From NCBI GenBank assembly GCA_035084275.1, contig CM068742.1, positions 74,524,001 through 74,588,000 of the forward strand: a stretch of DNA of 64,000 nt. The letters are read 5' to 3'. Positions 51,132 through 64,000 of the stretch are shown here, one piece after another. The DNA is from Hydrolagus colliei (Eukaryota). Below the pieces are notes generated by a model. That model made no database searches, was not told where the DNA came from, and saw nothing but the letters and a program-made list of their open reading frames with translations. Each line of letters begins with the position of its first letter. The stretch's first letter is position 1. The position numbers were made by a program, and so were the translations under genes.

Positions 51132-53334
51132 ATTTGAAGGATGTGTCTGACTTCCTATGGTCAGAGCTCTGCCAATCCACTCAAGTGATTCGTGCAGGCT
51201 GTATGACTAATGTACATTCGAACCACATTAATAAAGAACCCCGTTAGGGATGTGTGATTGATGCGGTATAATTGCGCTATCCAAATAACTTTACAGATAC
51301 TTGAGCCTGGAAAGACCAAGGTCCATACATTTGCAAATGTATGGAAAAAAAATCAGTTCATGAAATTGAAATGTTTTAAACTGTTTAAATCATAGGTAAT
51401 GAAGTGTGGGCTTTATTTATTCATTGTGGAATGACATTGAGTGATAGTAGATGTTTTTTTTGCCTCTGGTGCCTGTGTCAAAACTATTCCAGACCTGAAT
51501 ATAAAGGAAACAAACTTTGTCTAGTAGCTCTGAACTCTTCCCAACACATTCAGACAATGGGGGAAAACCCGAACCACAGTTAAAAGACTGCTAGAAAATT
51601 AATTCCGATTAACTTCTCCGATTTCTGAAGCTAATCAAGGGAAACTCTCAAAAAGGTTTGAACTGCACAACTCAAATCTACTTCTCTGTCAATTGCATAC
51701 TCATTGGCCAAGGATGCGCTCTCTAGTCATGATTATAACCACCAAATGCGTTATCTTCCCACATGTTTGAACTGAAGGGACTGTGTTAAGAAAGCAATTT
51801 ATTTGGTTACAGGGATGATTGATTGTGTGGATATTTGCTGCTGAAATGAAGAGCTGAGAGTGTTTTTTCTTTCATTAAGATGAACGAAGGCAGCTTGAAA
51901 GAACATGATCGCCCCCTATGGCAATGGCTAAACATTGCACTGAGCGATTGAGATGTACAGTAGCTACATTTTTTTGACATCTACCCAACTTGCAAATACC
52001 TCGAGAAATATGACAGCGTTGTGCAATTCCTCCCCTGTGGCGGTTCTGCCATTTGACCAGCTGAGGGGCTCAGCAATTACAATAAAATGTTATATAAATG
52101 CACGTTTATAAACCAGTGCCTTGGGTTGTCCTCCTGACATGAAAGGCGCACCATAAATGTAATTTTGTATTGTAAGTTGTTGTGGTTGTTCCTTGCTTCA
52201 TTGCAGTTTGTAGTTTACCAAAACTTTTCATTTTCTTGTGTTGTTCATAATATTTCCTTGCCATTATTCGTCAAATTAGAACATTGCTTTCCCCCCCACC
52301 CACCCCAAATGTTTTGTATTTTAGTTACAAAATTGGGATTTCTTATTTTTCCTGGATTTTTCCTGTTTTCTTTGTTTTAATTGACTATTTATAATAACAC
52401 TGAAATATTCGCAGTGTGCAGTCACTACATCTGCTATCAGATAGATTTCCTGAACAGATAGTTTAAGGGTTCTGAGACGTTACCCAATGTGAAGGGTGCA
52501 ATATAAATGCAAGTTGTTGTTGACAGGAACTGAGTTTAACATCTCACCCAAAGGATGGCAACAACAGCAACATAATTACATTTATATATAAGTCTAGCAA
52601 TGCACTGCTTCAATACTGATATGAAGTCTCAACTTACAAATGCAGTAGTGTGAGTGCTACCAAACAAGCAAGTCTATTTCTCATTTGTATTTGCTAATTT
52701 TGTTCAACATGAAATTCCTGATTTGAAAACATCAATGGAAGAAATAAAATAATAATACAATATAAAATTACATTTGTATAGCGCTTTTCACATCAGGAAA
52801 AGGTCTCAAAGCACTGATAGAAATGGGATGGCACACAACACAGAATACAATCAATACATTGTACTGTACTGCTATAAGAATGTGTGGGTATAGTATTTAA
52901 AATTCAAATCAGGTTCTAAATTCAATCACTCTATATTCAATATAAAGCAAATGTTTTTTAAAAAGTGTTAACAATAAATGAAATTGTGTACAGTATACTA
53001 AAAGGGTAATAACTATTTGAAGTAAAGTTGCAGATAAGTGTGGTTACTATAATTTGTAGAATTATACAAATGTAGTAAAAAAGCATTACATTATTTCTAG
53101 CAATTTGATTGAGTACTGTCAGCAGTTTCTGTTGCTTGTAAAACATTATCAGAAAAAGCCCAAATGAACAAATTGTAACATTTCATATTAAAATATGCAG
53201 TTTTCCTATGCATAATATAGGAGTGCATACAGTATAATTTAAGATTTTGTACTTGTATCACAGTAAAATACTAAAAAGACAGCTTAAAATTCAATACACT
53301 AACTTAGATGGACTTAAACATCAATTTATATTAA

Positions 53335-53505
53335 TTAACTTAAACAGAATATCTCAAAAAGTGCTGCGGATGAATGCATGCGGTAAAAAATAGCAAAGGG
53401 CATTGCAATATTTACAACTAAAATCCACATTTCAAAACCATAAACCTTTTCTTCCAAGTCACTGTCAAACTGGGGCCGAGCTCCGAAAGCTGCAAGTATC
53501 CAAAA
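53335..53505 (-). CDS. OTOP1: OTOP1 coding exon 6 (terminal)
   Basis: tttcctttaaag|FWILAAFGARPQFD...AMPFAIFYRMHSSAALFEIFCLS*. Confidence 0.93.
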   Translation of the reverse strand, partial: FWILAAFGARPQFDSDLEEKVYGFEMWILVVNIAMPFAIFYRMHSSAALFEIFCLS

Positions 53506-56500
53506 CTTTAAAGGAAAAAAAAACAAAGTTTAGAGCATGCATTATTTTTATGACAGCGGCAAGTTTTTAAGTCTTTGAATATAATCAGTGGCTATGCTAC
53601 TGTATTTACATTTAACTAACAACAACATCATTTACGTAGCGTTCCTCATGCAGGGCCAGCGCCTTGACAGTGGTGGAGCAGGACACCGAGCCAGGGAAGG
53701 TGACCAAGTTGCAGAGGAAGGTATTCAGGCGCAACCTGAAAATGGGGAAGGATGGGGCAAGGCAGAGGGATTGAGGGAAAGAGTTCCAGAGTTTTGAGGC
53801 ATCGTGTCTGAAAGCTTGGCCATTGATAGTGGAATGGAGGGCATGAGGGATGAGCATAAACACCATGGTTTAAGTACTGAAGCAGTTCTTGCCAATACAG
53901 GTAATTCCCTGCATTGTACAACAAAGTTATCAGCATTTGCTCAAGACATTGTAAAACTGGGTTGATAACCTGTGTCAACCCCTTGACCTATGTGTATTTG
54001 GAGGGCGCTCTATAAGTGCAAGTTATTATATGATCATTCCTGGATGAACATCTTTCTGGATAGTTGTATATTGAAACATTTGCAGAATTGATGGCCTCTA
54101 AACCACTGGGAGAAACTCCCATCTCTTATTGAATGATGTCAATAGATCTTCGAGGTATATCTGAACAGGCAGAGGCGTGTAAGTACCTTTGTGCAGCTGT
54201 TATAATCTCCATGTTGAGAGTGATATATTGTGAAGACACATTTAAATATAGATGAAATTAGGAGGAGCTACTGAGTAAAGAAAGACTGGGGGGAAGGGGC
54301 AATAAGGATGGCGCTTATGAATGAAAACCGAAGAGATTTTTAACTTGTTTTCAAAATGCTAATTTTTTTGCTAGATTTTTCTCACCGAAATATTGCACAG
54401 GAATAAAAAGGCAGCAAAATTCTTGGTGAGTTGCCTCTTCTTGCTCAGTTTTTCCGATTGCCTTAAGATTGAGTGAGGAGGAAGAGGAGGAGAAGAAGAA
54501 GAAGATGAAGAAGCAGAGTCTTGAGAAAGACTCAAGTCACTGTTGTATCCTTCGCTGTTCTCAACCCGATCTCGGGAAGGTTTGGACAGAGAAACACATT
54601 GAGGAGTTGAGCAGGGCGACCGGTTATCTGAAGTCTCAAAGGCTTTGTTGAGGATCCCGCAATATGAACATGTCAAAGGGAGATCATTGGTACTGGATAC
54701 TGTGAATATCCCTTGAATCATCCCCATATCGCTCTCCATTTCACCATGTTTCCGATAAAGGGATTCAATTATGAACAGATTCTGTAGGTATTTCTCAATT
54801 ATGACCAGGACAGAGAATGACAAGTTCAGCCAAGTGTGAGGGGGCTGGCTTTGCCCACAAATAGAGGCCACGATGGAGCACCAGGACATAATCCAAGAGC
54901 CACATGAAGTGCTCACCAGCAGATTGCCATCCAATTTCCTGGTGGGGTTTTTGCAATAATCCAGGGATCTTTTGTCAACTCTATAGATGACCAGGCCGGC
55001 TGCAGCCACTGCAGACATCAAACAAAGCACAGTGATACCGTATAGATAAAACATAGCTACAGCTGACGCTCGCTGCTCTGCTGAATTTCCCACCTGAGAG
55101 CTGTACACAATGAGAATCCCTATTGTGGCTGCCAACACTGCAGTTCCCAGAACAGGACCTGCCATGACACTGTAGGTCCTAAAGGTGACTTTCAGAGCTC
55201 TGTGCTCTTCCAGGGTGCGCCCAACATTCTTCCACATAACGTAAAACATGGCAGATGCAAACACGTGAAACTCAATGTTGAACGGGTACATATAATAGGA
55301 ACTGTTGTAGAATATAGCGCAGGCATTTGTATTGCAACTGCAATTTGGTCCATTGTCACCTACAAATAAATAGAATGAAGCATCAACACAGGTGATCATA
55401 AAAAAAAACACACATCAAATGGCATGGGTGGCTGGCTGGCATTTATATGACCTTTTTTTTCTGTACAAGGCTTAAACCCTTACCCACAGTGACATTTGTG
55501 AAGCCCAGTACTGCAAGTCGCCTTTTGTGGTCAATTGACTGATGCTTTGATTCTGAGATCACGCCGTTCACCCACAACAGCAAGTTTGTGAAGACAGCAT
55601 GAATCATTCCAAACCTAAAGACAAATATCTGTTTGTGAAGCTTACAAAATGCAGCACATAAAATCAGAACTCAGATCTGGGGAGCACTGGATTCATACAC
55701 GGAATATAAAGGACTGGGATTTATTATAATAATAATCCTTGCATTTGATATAGCGCTTTTCACATCTTCTAGACGTCTTAGAATATTCTGTAAAGTGAAT
55801 TGACTGTTTACTTATGGGTGAAATATGGCAGCCAATTGCACACAGCAGTGTCTCACAAACAGTTGTGAACTGAAATAACCAATTGAATGTTTTTTTAGGG
55901 ATAATTATTATTAGGCATGTAGAGTAAGGAAACTTGCCCAAGGTTTCACCCTGCCTGGAATTGAAGCCAGATCTCTCATCTGTAAGCCGAATGCTCTAAC
56001 CACTGAGCTACAGGACTCTTATGTGGGCCATATGGAGTGTTGAAATCATTTAATCTTCCCCAATCAATTAAATGCATAATCTAAAAGAATTGTAACAAGT
56101 ACAGAGGCAGAATTTCACTTAACATCACCTTTCAAAGGTTTGGAAACTTTGAATGACGTCCTTTGCATGAAACCACAGGAAATAAACCTGCAGATAAAAT
56201 ATAGATATGAGGAAAAAATACACTATGATTACAAATAATTATGCATTCACCAGCTGAAAGCAGTAAGTCTACCTACCTGGGAGATGGTGTGCACTGCATG
56301 TACAACGGGAAAGACACCCTTAGCGGCTGGGAGGCAATTCGAATATCCAATGTAGTATCCAATTTCAAATACATCCAGCACTAAACTCAAGATGCCAAAC
56401 AAGATTAGCCCACCTAGCAATGAAATGCAAGAGATTATAACACAGGGTTGAAGGAAATCGACTTTATAGAATGTTCTCACCATGTCATGCAAGCCACCAG

Positions 56501-57818
56501 GTGCAGCATTAGAGCATCTCACTAAATTCACAACAAAAACAGAAGCTCGCACCTTTGAGATCTCTTTTAACCCATCATCTCCCTCTATCCCATTTTCTCC
56601 CTTCTCTTCCTTGCTCTGCTTTCCCGCGACTGGTAGTCCTCAAAAGCCTTTTCCTTCCAATATGCCCCAGTTATGATGAAGGAGTAACTGGACCCAAATC
56701 TTGACTCCCAATTCCTCCCTCCATAAGTTGCAGATAATCCAGAATGGCCTGTGTCCTCTAACGCTCCAAGCTTTATGACCCCATCTTCCCCATCCTCGCC
56801 CGACTGTATTGGCTCCCCATCACCCAGAGGATTCAATTCAAGATCCTGGTCCTCACCTTCAAAGCCCTCAATGGGCTCGCCACACCCTACCTCTGTGACC
56901 TCCTAACCCCTACCAACCTGCCCACCCCTTCCGCTCAGCAGACTCCATGTCCACCAACCCACCCGCCCCATTATTGGTGGGCAAACCTTCAGTCACTCTG
57001 ACCCCAACCTCTGGAACTCCATCCCGCAGTCACTCCGCCTCACCCACTCCCCGCCTCAAGATCTGCTCTTCGACGGTCCCATCAGTCCCCAAATTATTCC
57101 AATGAATCACCATCCAAGTCTACAAACGCACATTAAAATAAACTGTACACATATACACCACACACACAGTAATAGACATGCAACCCTAATGCCTTCATAA
57201 AATATAATGTTTTGAGAATAATCCCAGCTAAATTTTACATTCCCACTTTTGCTGACACCGCAATAGACTCAGGTTCCTTCTAAAGCAGAATAAAGGTGCT
57301 CTATTTTGTTTTCAGCATGCAAAAATCATATACTGTACTTCACAATACTTCATGTGCTCACATTGCTCTGTACATTAATTACTGTGTGTAGCTCTGCTCC
57401 TGTGCCTTACTTGACTTGCTTTGAGATGAACTGCATATACTCTACCTCTCAGCCACCTTGCCCCAGCCTGGGCATCTTTATAACTGACCAACCCTTTCTG
57501 TCTGTATTTCCTTAAGAAGTAGCAGAGCATCCAGGCCAGCTGTATTGCCATGACTGTGCTGAGATAGGCTAACACATGCTCCTGCGCCACTCCGCCTCTC
57601 TGAAACACCATTGCCAGGGTCAGCACCAGACCCACCACAAATACATTGATGCCGTACTGGGCACTCAGGGTGGCAGCGTTGCTTAGAGGGTAGTTGTCTG
57701 ATAAGGAGATGGTAAAACTGTCGAAGCCTTGATCATCCACCTTAGGGCCAGGCATTGGGTTCTGGCCGGAGCCCTGCCTCTTGTGACACAAAACCTCCAA
57801 CCTGCCCTGGTCATTCAT
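53335..57818 (-). CDS. OTOP1: Otopetrin-1 proton channel, six coding exons, 1845 nt / 614 aa
   Basis: Exons 57818-57446, 56413-56277, 56187-56129, 55614-55484, 55359-54386, 53505-53335; all introns GT-AG with compatible phases; motifs LS.QYG..VFV.GL, KD..AGA.WLRG, YPFNIE, KNPTRKLD, EKYLQN, FLFLCNIS, FYRMH. Confidence 0.95.
54386..55359 (-). CDS. OTOP1: OTOP1 coding exon 5
   Basis: tttatttgtag|..DNGPNCSC...FLFLCNIS|gtgag; 974 nt. Confidence 0.95.
55484..55614 (-). CDS. OTOP1: OTOP1 coding exon 4 (absent from the ORF track)
   Basis: tttgtctttag|.FGMIHAVFTNLLLWVNGVISESKHQSIDHKRRLAVLGFTNVTV.|gtaagg; 131 nt. Confidence 0.93.
55722..56018 (-). mobile_element. Deu-type SINE in an OTOP1 intron
   Basis: Family match; same orientation as OTOP1. 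Confidence 0.85.
56129..56187 (-). CDS. OTOP1: OTOP1 coding exon 3 (absent from the ORF track)
   Basis: ttttatctgcag|VYFLWFHAKDVIQSFQTFE..|gtgatg; 59 nt. Confidence 0.93.
56277..56413 (-). CDS. OTOP1: OTOP1 coding exon 2
   Basis: tttcattgctag|..GLILFGILSLVLDVFEIGYYIGYSNCLPAAKGVFPVVHAVHTISQ|gtaggt; 137 nt. Confidence 0.93.
56730..57080 (+). mobile_element. L2 3' remnant in an OTOP1 intron
   Basis: 'gaggattcaattcaagatcctggtcctcaccttcaaagccctc' and 'ctctggaactccatccc' as in the other L2 ends. Confidence 0.75.
57446..57818 (-). CDS. OTOP1: OTOP1 coding exon 1
   Basis: ATG at 57818 (MNDQGRLEV...KDAQAGARWLR.|gtagag); upstream acceptor tcactttgcag at 57890 suggests the exon starts at 57889. Confidence 0.88.
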
Positions 57819-58057
57819 CCCCAGCTTTGTATATATATATATATGTATATGTATATATATATAGCCTGGGTGTGAGGGCACAGTGGGACCTGCAAAGTGA
57901 GAGAAACATCACCTTACATCATATCGTTCTTTAATCATTTATTTAGTAATAAAGACTATACAAAGCTGAACTCCCACAGGTCATAAAGAAATCTGTACTA
58001 TTTCCGCCTGACACTCACAGTTTATATATATATATAGTATATATACACACACACACA

Positions 58058-58317
58058 CATTTAGTCCTCGCTTAACGTCGCAGTTCCGTTCGCAGGAATG
58101 CAACTTTAAAGGAAAGGGCGCTAAGCGACCCCACAAAAGTATGCCTGACGTTCAGCGTCTGTATACGCCTACGCCACTCAAAGTAGTTTGTTTCCACTTG
58201 CGCGAACGACGTTATAGCGAACATCTTTACATTCAGTGAATATACGCTCCCCGTGTATCAATGACGCAATAACGAAACAACGTTGATCCAAAAGCAACGT
58301 TAGGCGAAGACTCCCTG
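58058..58317. mobile_element. Tigger-like MITE upstream of the OTOP1 CDS
   Basis: Imperfect TIR agtcctcgcttaacgt / acgttaggcgaagactccctg. Confidence 0.65.
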
Positions 58318-58847
58318 TCTCACTATGATCTCGGCAATGACATCACTGCACATTAAGTGACCAATAGATGAACAGTTGCTCTGGGAGGCGATGGGAAAGC
58401 GCCCGCAGCTCAGGTGGGCTGGGATTCCTTTTCAGTGCTGAGTGTCTGTACTGTACATTCCTCTGTTAAACAACAGTATCAACTGTGTTTAAGGTTTATT
58501 CTGGAGCTGCTGATTGAATGTACTGTACTGGGGACTGCAGCGCGGTGGTTAATGTTCCTATTACATTTCCTAACAGGTAAAGTGCAGACAATGTCCTTTC
58601 CCTTAACGTTTCAGCGCCACATCAAAATCCCGTGTCTTTAGTCTGCAGTCTTTTCTCTAGTTTAAATTGAAGGCTCTGCAATTAAAAGTTCGACCAGATT
58701 TACTTTACTGTAAAATAAATGTAAATGGTAAATAGGCGCAGGCTGTGATTTATCGATTTAAAAAACCCTCATTCATATCAACACACGATTCCAACTTCCT
58801 GTAGATTGCTAACATACTGTTTAAAACTACCACTGAAATAATCTTAC

Positions 58848-58940
58848 CTGAATATTCACTCCAGCTCCAGTGTGTTGAGTTACTGGCAGAGAGAGAGAGG
58901 GCTCACTATTCCCGGCTGGAAAACGATTGAATGAATGGTT
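58848..58940 (-). other. OTOP1: Probable non-coding first exon of OTOP1
   Basis: Consensus donor CAG|gtaagat at 58848/58847, ~115 nt downstream of a TATA box; pairs with the acceptor at 57890. Confidence 0.55.
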
Positions 58941-58960
58941 TACCTGCTGCTGATCTGTGC

Positions 58961-58970
58961 CTTTTATAGG
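58961..58970 (-). promoter_or_regulatory. Candidate OTOP1 TATA box
   Basis: CCTATAAAAG on the minus strand, upstream of the putative first exon. Confidence 0.55.
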
Positions 58971-61900
58971 CACACACACCATGTGAAGCAGTCAGTGTGT
59001 GTGTGAGTGAGTGTGTGTGCAGGCGTGGCTGTGGACCATGTGTGCTATCTCACCTCATCCCTATTTTTGCAGCTCCTAACCCCATTCACATGAGCTTTTG
59101 ACCAACTTTCTCTTGCTATAAGCATTCATAAATTGATATCTCTGCTCGACCAATTCTACTTGCATTATTCCCAGACTGATACACTTGAAATTTTCATAGC
59201 CCAGACTGCAGGTAAGTACTGTAAACTATTGTAGTTTTGATTCGGTTGTATTTTGTGCAGCAGATATTATATAACCAATACATGGGTTTCATTGAAGTTC
59301 ATTATTTTCTTTTATTGGGGAGAATCCTAAAAACAAGCTTGTAATAATAACAATCCTTGCATTTGATTGAGTGCCTTATCAGTTATCACTTTGTTGAAAT
59401 GTCTCAAAGTGCTTCATAGAATATACTTTAAAGTGGATTGACTATTTTGTGGGCGAAAGCGGGCATTAAACATTTACCACGAATAACTATTTGGTAGTTA
59501 ATTACTGCTGTATTTCATCAATGATGTTACAAAATGGATATTATTGAAAACAACTAATCTTGCTGTCATCAAGGGAGTTTTCAAAGATAACATATTGCTT
59601 TGGATTAAGAGTGTTGCAAGCCCTGGTACACTGGATTTCAGTGGGTCAGCACTGCTCCTTTACCTCTAAATCCAGGCTTTGGCTTCTGACCAACTGGATT
59701 AGATGAAAGTCTCCTTTCTCTGCTAGCTGATTTATGTGCAGTACTTTTGAGTAGTCTCCAAAAAACGGGGATCCATCATCTCTTCTGATGTAGGAAAATA
59801 AATTATTACCATTTTTATTGAGTTACTGTAGTCACACACGATCAGAAAGGAGTCAATGCAGTGATAGATCAATTTCTATTTGACATATCAGGAATGTTTA
59901 TTTTCCCATATCATTTGCCGAGAGACCATACAAAACAATAAATACAAACAGACATACAATGTTATGTAGGATTTAAATCACAAGTAGTTTTTGCATTAAT
60001 TTAAATCTTCAGATAATTTCACTTTTATAACTTATAACTTGTATTCTGTTGTAATAAGAAACTAAAGCAGCTTGTGGTTAAACCAATTAGAATTCCATAA
60101 AAGTATTATATAAATTTAAAAGTGTATTACAATTTAGTTCAAAAAATATGGCAATTTTATATACTAAGGGCCCCCATACTATTTTAGAGTACAGAAAATG
60201 TCGCATTTATTCATCTTAAGTAGAAATTTCAGGCACACCCTATTCAGTTCATTTAGACATATAGAAAACAAAAGGCAAACGTTTCTTTAATTGCTCCAAA
60301 TATGATCCTTATATCTCCTCAAAACATGAATCAACAGTGGCTGAGAAAGCAGGCAAGTAACTTCCTCCCAAGCTTCTGCTGCTTTGTAACCAGCCATGAA
60401 AAGATTTGCAAGAGCACAATGTGAGTGTCTTCCTCCATACAATGATGTCCCACAGCTCTGCATAGAATAACAGACTAGAAGGAATCACAAGTGGAAATCT
60501 AGGTCCCAACTATCACATATCTGTCAAATTGGCCCCTCTGTTTGTGTTTTGCATGCAATAGCCTACAAATTTGAATGTAAAGCTCTTGCAAAGCTCTGAA
60601 AATGTATTTCTTTTTCAGCACATTTAATGATTTTTTTTACACATACAGTACATTTTGTGAAGTCCCTGTTGCGTTGTCTTGTTGGCAGAGTCATGCAGGG
60701 CTGTGAAGCTTTACTTTATTAGGCAGAGCACAGTAAACCAGGTATGCTTTCATGACAATGTACTGTTCAAAACATTTGTAAAAAAAAATGTGAATGTCAC
60801 TGGCAGTAAAGCTCTAGATTTGATTTAACTTCAATCATTTGGGTGACAACTCCCGGAAGTTGAAAGAAAAGCTTATTTACAGCAAAAATCAAGATGAATT
60901 CTGAAATGTACAAAAATCAAAATATTGTTAGAAAGTCCTTAACAAAATAAACAACCACACGATTCGCTGGACAGTCTTAAGTGTTTTACACAAATAATGT
61001 GGACAACTGAGCAGGATGAGATGGAAATTGTGGATGCTGAGTAAAGGAAAATTGTTAAACGTGACTGAAAATTCAGCATCAGATGCTGAGGTGATGGGGC
61101 TAAGTAATCAACAGTTGGTGTAAATTGGAGGGGCTAAGGAAACAAGTTGGGCAAGAGCAGGAAGGAAAATGAAGATTAGGACAATGATCTTGATATCGAC
61201 TCACTGAACGACTTGGAGCCAGTGGAGCTTGGTAATGATATGGGTAAAGGGAGCCTCGTCAGGAGTGGGTGTGGGCAGTAGAGTTAAAGATAATAACTTG
61301 TATTTGATGTAGCATTTAATGTTTCATATAAGAAAGACACATCAACATTCTCTTAAATATTTACTATAAACTGTCCTGTCTGTGCATTAGGTAGAAGCCA
61401 ATTTGCATTCAGCAATAAGCCAAAAAAAGCAATGAAAATGAATAACTAATTTTATCTAAGGGATTGTTCGTAGCTATTCTGTGTATGACTGACTTTGCAT
61501 AGGGTAGATGTAGGAAGGCCAGCAAATCTAGTTGTGAGGTGACAAAAGCATGGATGAGGATTGCAAATGTATTGAGAGCAAAATTGGAGCATGTACAATT
61601 ATAGTCATAACAATTGTAAAAATAATATATATTTTGTGAATTTACCTCCAGTTATTATCCCAGGATCGATACAAACATTACAACACCCATAAATTGGGTG
61701 AAAAGGATGAAAGGTGTAAAGAAAGACCAAATAGGCCACAGTGCAATATTAAAGCTGCAAAAAAAATGGAAATGATTAATTTGTTTGCTAATGCTCTAGT
61801 TTTTCTAACATTATGCTGTATAAAATTTGATGCAAGGTCTATTTCACAAGTGGAAGATATGAGAATATTTGTGTCAAGACAGAGAAACTATCATTGAGAT

Positions 61901-63499
61901 ATTGAACAAAACACTAATTTCAATAGGTAAATATTTCAGCAGTCACAAAAGATAATTTAATTAAAATAATGATTGCATTTGATACAGTACCTTATCAACT
62001 GAGTCAGGCTAAAAATGATAAACCAGAGTAACTGACCTCCTTTTAAAGATCTACCTTGGAAGTTCTGGTCCAACTCACAGTCAATGGAAGTCCAGCCACT
62101 CCTTGGCAATACCCGCAGTTAATTGAAATTTGAAAACATAAATACTACGGAACATCAAAAATAATTTTCTAGCCAATACTTCAAAATGAACATTGGAATC
62201 TTTGAAATTACAATAATGAATGAGGCTATTTGTCCCAATGGTGCAATCGCCCACACTAGAGGAATGTATTTTTATTCCAGCCGCCTACTTTTTCCATTTG
62301 TCCTTTCATATTGTTTCTCTTCAAAAACTTATCTAATTCCACTTTAGATGTTTTTGTGAGATTAGCTTCAACAGATACTTCTAGCAAAACATACAATGAA
62401 CATTGTACTATCTCAGAGAAATGCTTTTGCTTCTTTGGAGCAGTATGAAAATGGTTGGAAACCAGAAATAACCATTTTTTGTATTTATACATTATAAGCA
62501 TAAAAGGGGACGTCACATATTCCTCTGGATGGGGAAAAAAATGACTTACATAGAAATATAGAAATTAAATGTTTTAAATTAAAATTGATAAACTTAATGA
62601 ATAGAAAAACAGAAAGGCCTCAACCTCCTCCGATCTATGTCCGACTTAAGCTTGCTACGTTAGCTAAACAAAGTACTTCAAAAGATTTAGTTTAAAGCGG
62701 GAGAAAAGTTTTATGTTCAAAATACTATCCATGTAGAAATTGCCATCTTATTGTAGTTGAAAACTAAAATATTAAAGGGTTCATAAATTTTATAAAATTA
62801 TTGACAACAAATCAAAATTGCAAAACATTTAGTCTCTTTTAGAAATCAAATGTACTTGAGAATTGTAATTAACTTTTCATTGTTTGTCCCATCTATGTTT
62901 ATAGAAAATGAACCATATATTCTGAAAAATTCATACATTTCAGACAAAATAATTAACAACTGGGTGTTATATAACAGAGTCATGAATGGAGGAAATTGAT
63001 TTGATCTTTTGATCTGTCCATAGATGATCACTTGTGAGGATGACAAAACAAGAACTGTGTACACAATAGCTTTATCTGTATACAAGATTTTATTTCTTTG
63101 GCCGGTCAAAGGTTGCCAACCTCTCGACCTCACTCAGCAACCAAATAAAATCTCAAATTACTTAAGTTTGATGTAGGAAAAAGACCAGTTATTCTCTAGC
63201 AAAAGAACAGTACAATATCTGAAGTAATTAGTCTGGTGCATCCAGGGCGAAAATGGGGAATTTACAGTCTACCAATTACTCAAATAAGTAAACGGTTAGT
63301 AAAATAATCAAATTTCAAATCAATGTGGAAATAAAAGGGTTTAATGTCATGCAAGAAATTAAGGTAAAGTTCTCAACATGTGCAGTAGTGTAAAGAGTAC
63401 TTTCCCAAGTTATAAGTAACTGGGGGAAGAGGGAAGGGTTATTCCTAATTTTTATACCGTTTTTCATAAAGGAGACCCAATGTTTTAGAAGCTCCAACA

Positions 63500-63557
63500 G
63501 GTTCAGCGACTTCTGTTTTTGTTTCAGATTTCCAGCATCTGCAGTATTTTGCGCTTT
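63500..63557 (+). mobile_element. Penelope-like terminal fragment
   Basis: 'acttctgtttttgtttcagatttccagcatctgcagtattttg' matches 21210-21252. Confidence 0.6.
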
Positions 63558-64000
63558 GACAACATTTCGGACCTTTGGTACTTCTCCAATCCATTCAATA
63601 GCGAAACCCATGAAACAATATCAAGTATACACTACAGTTTATCTTCCCAATGACCCAACTTTTCCACTGGATATCTTAAACTACTGATCCACAATTCTTC
63701 CTTGTGAAACTGATCCTCTCATATTAGTTTAAGGGAAGACTGAAAGAAAGGGAGAGTGAAAATGTTTTATCTATTTAGGGAGGAAAAGCAATGAAAAATG
63801 TATACCGTCAACCTTTCCCACATGGTTTACACAGGAGAAGCTACATTACATTCCAAATCCTTTCTGTGGCCTTTCTTCTCTCATTTACCTCTATGCAAAT
63901 AAAAAGTCTCAATACCTGCCCAGAAAGCCATAGAGGCTGAATTAGCAGAGATATTTAAAAGAGATTACCAGATAGTTGGGTAATAAAGGTATTAATTGGA

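Noticed and set aside
59000-64000. TMEM128 3' exons expected from synteny
   Set aside because: No matching peptide found; AT-rich sequence with repeat fragments, possibly UTR or intergenic
1-64000. CRISPR array or prokaryote-type operon/defence system
   Set aside because: Vertebrate DNA with spliced genes; the tandem arrays lack constant repeats with unique spacers

Overview
Eukaryotic vertebrate genomic DNA, AT-rich and repeat-dense, with one 696-N assembly gap. The repeat landscape (Deu-domain tRNA-derived SINEs, L2, CR1, Penelope-like, Tigger-like and hAT elements) suggests a cartilaginous fish, possibly a chimaera; this is inference. Two intact protein-coding genes lie on the minus strand in the ancestral vertebrate order. 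DRD5 (D1B dopamine receptor) has a single coding exon at 43291-44763 (490 aa) with a polyQ/H expansion in intracellular loop 3. OTOP1 (otopetrin-1 proton channel) has six coding exons reconstructed by hand at 53335-57818 (614 aa), plus a probable non-coding first exon and TATA box. The first ~43 kb has no recognisable host gene. It holds a ~7.9-kb hAT element with an 8-bp TSD and many nested transposons, MITEs carrying kb-long GA/CT minisatellites, a TSD-flanked inverted Penelope-like insert with a decayed hammerhead core, a Helitron remnant and candidate enhancer modules. I found no convincing novel multi-gene system. The best leads are substitutions at functionally studied positions in DRD5 and OTOP1, a tandemly duplicated TF-motif module, and the nested transposon architecture. 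Repeat boundaries are approximate unless TIRs or TSDs are quoted.
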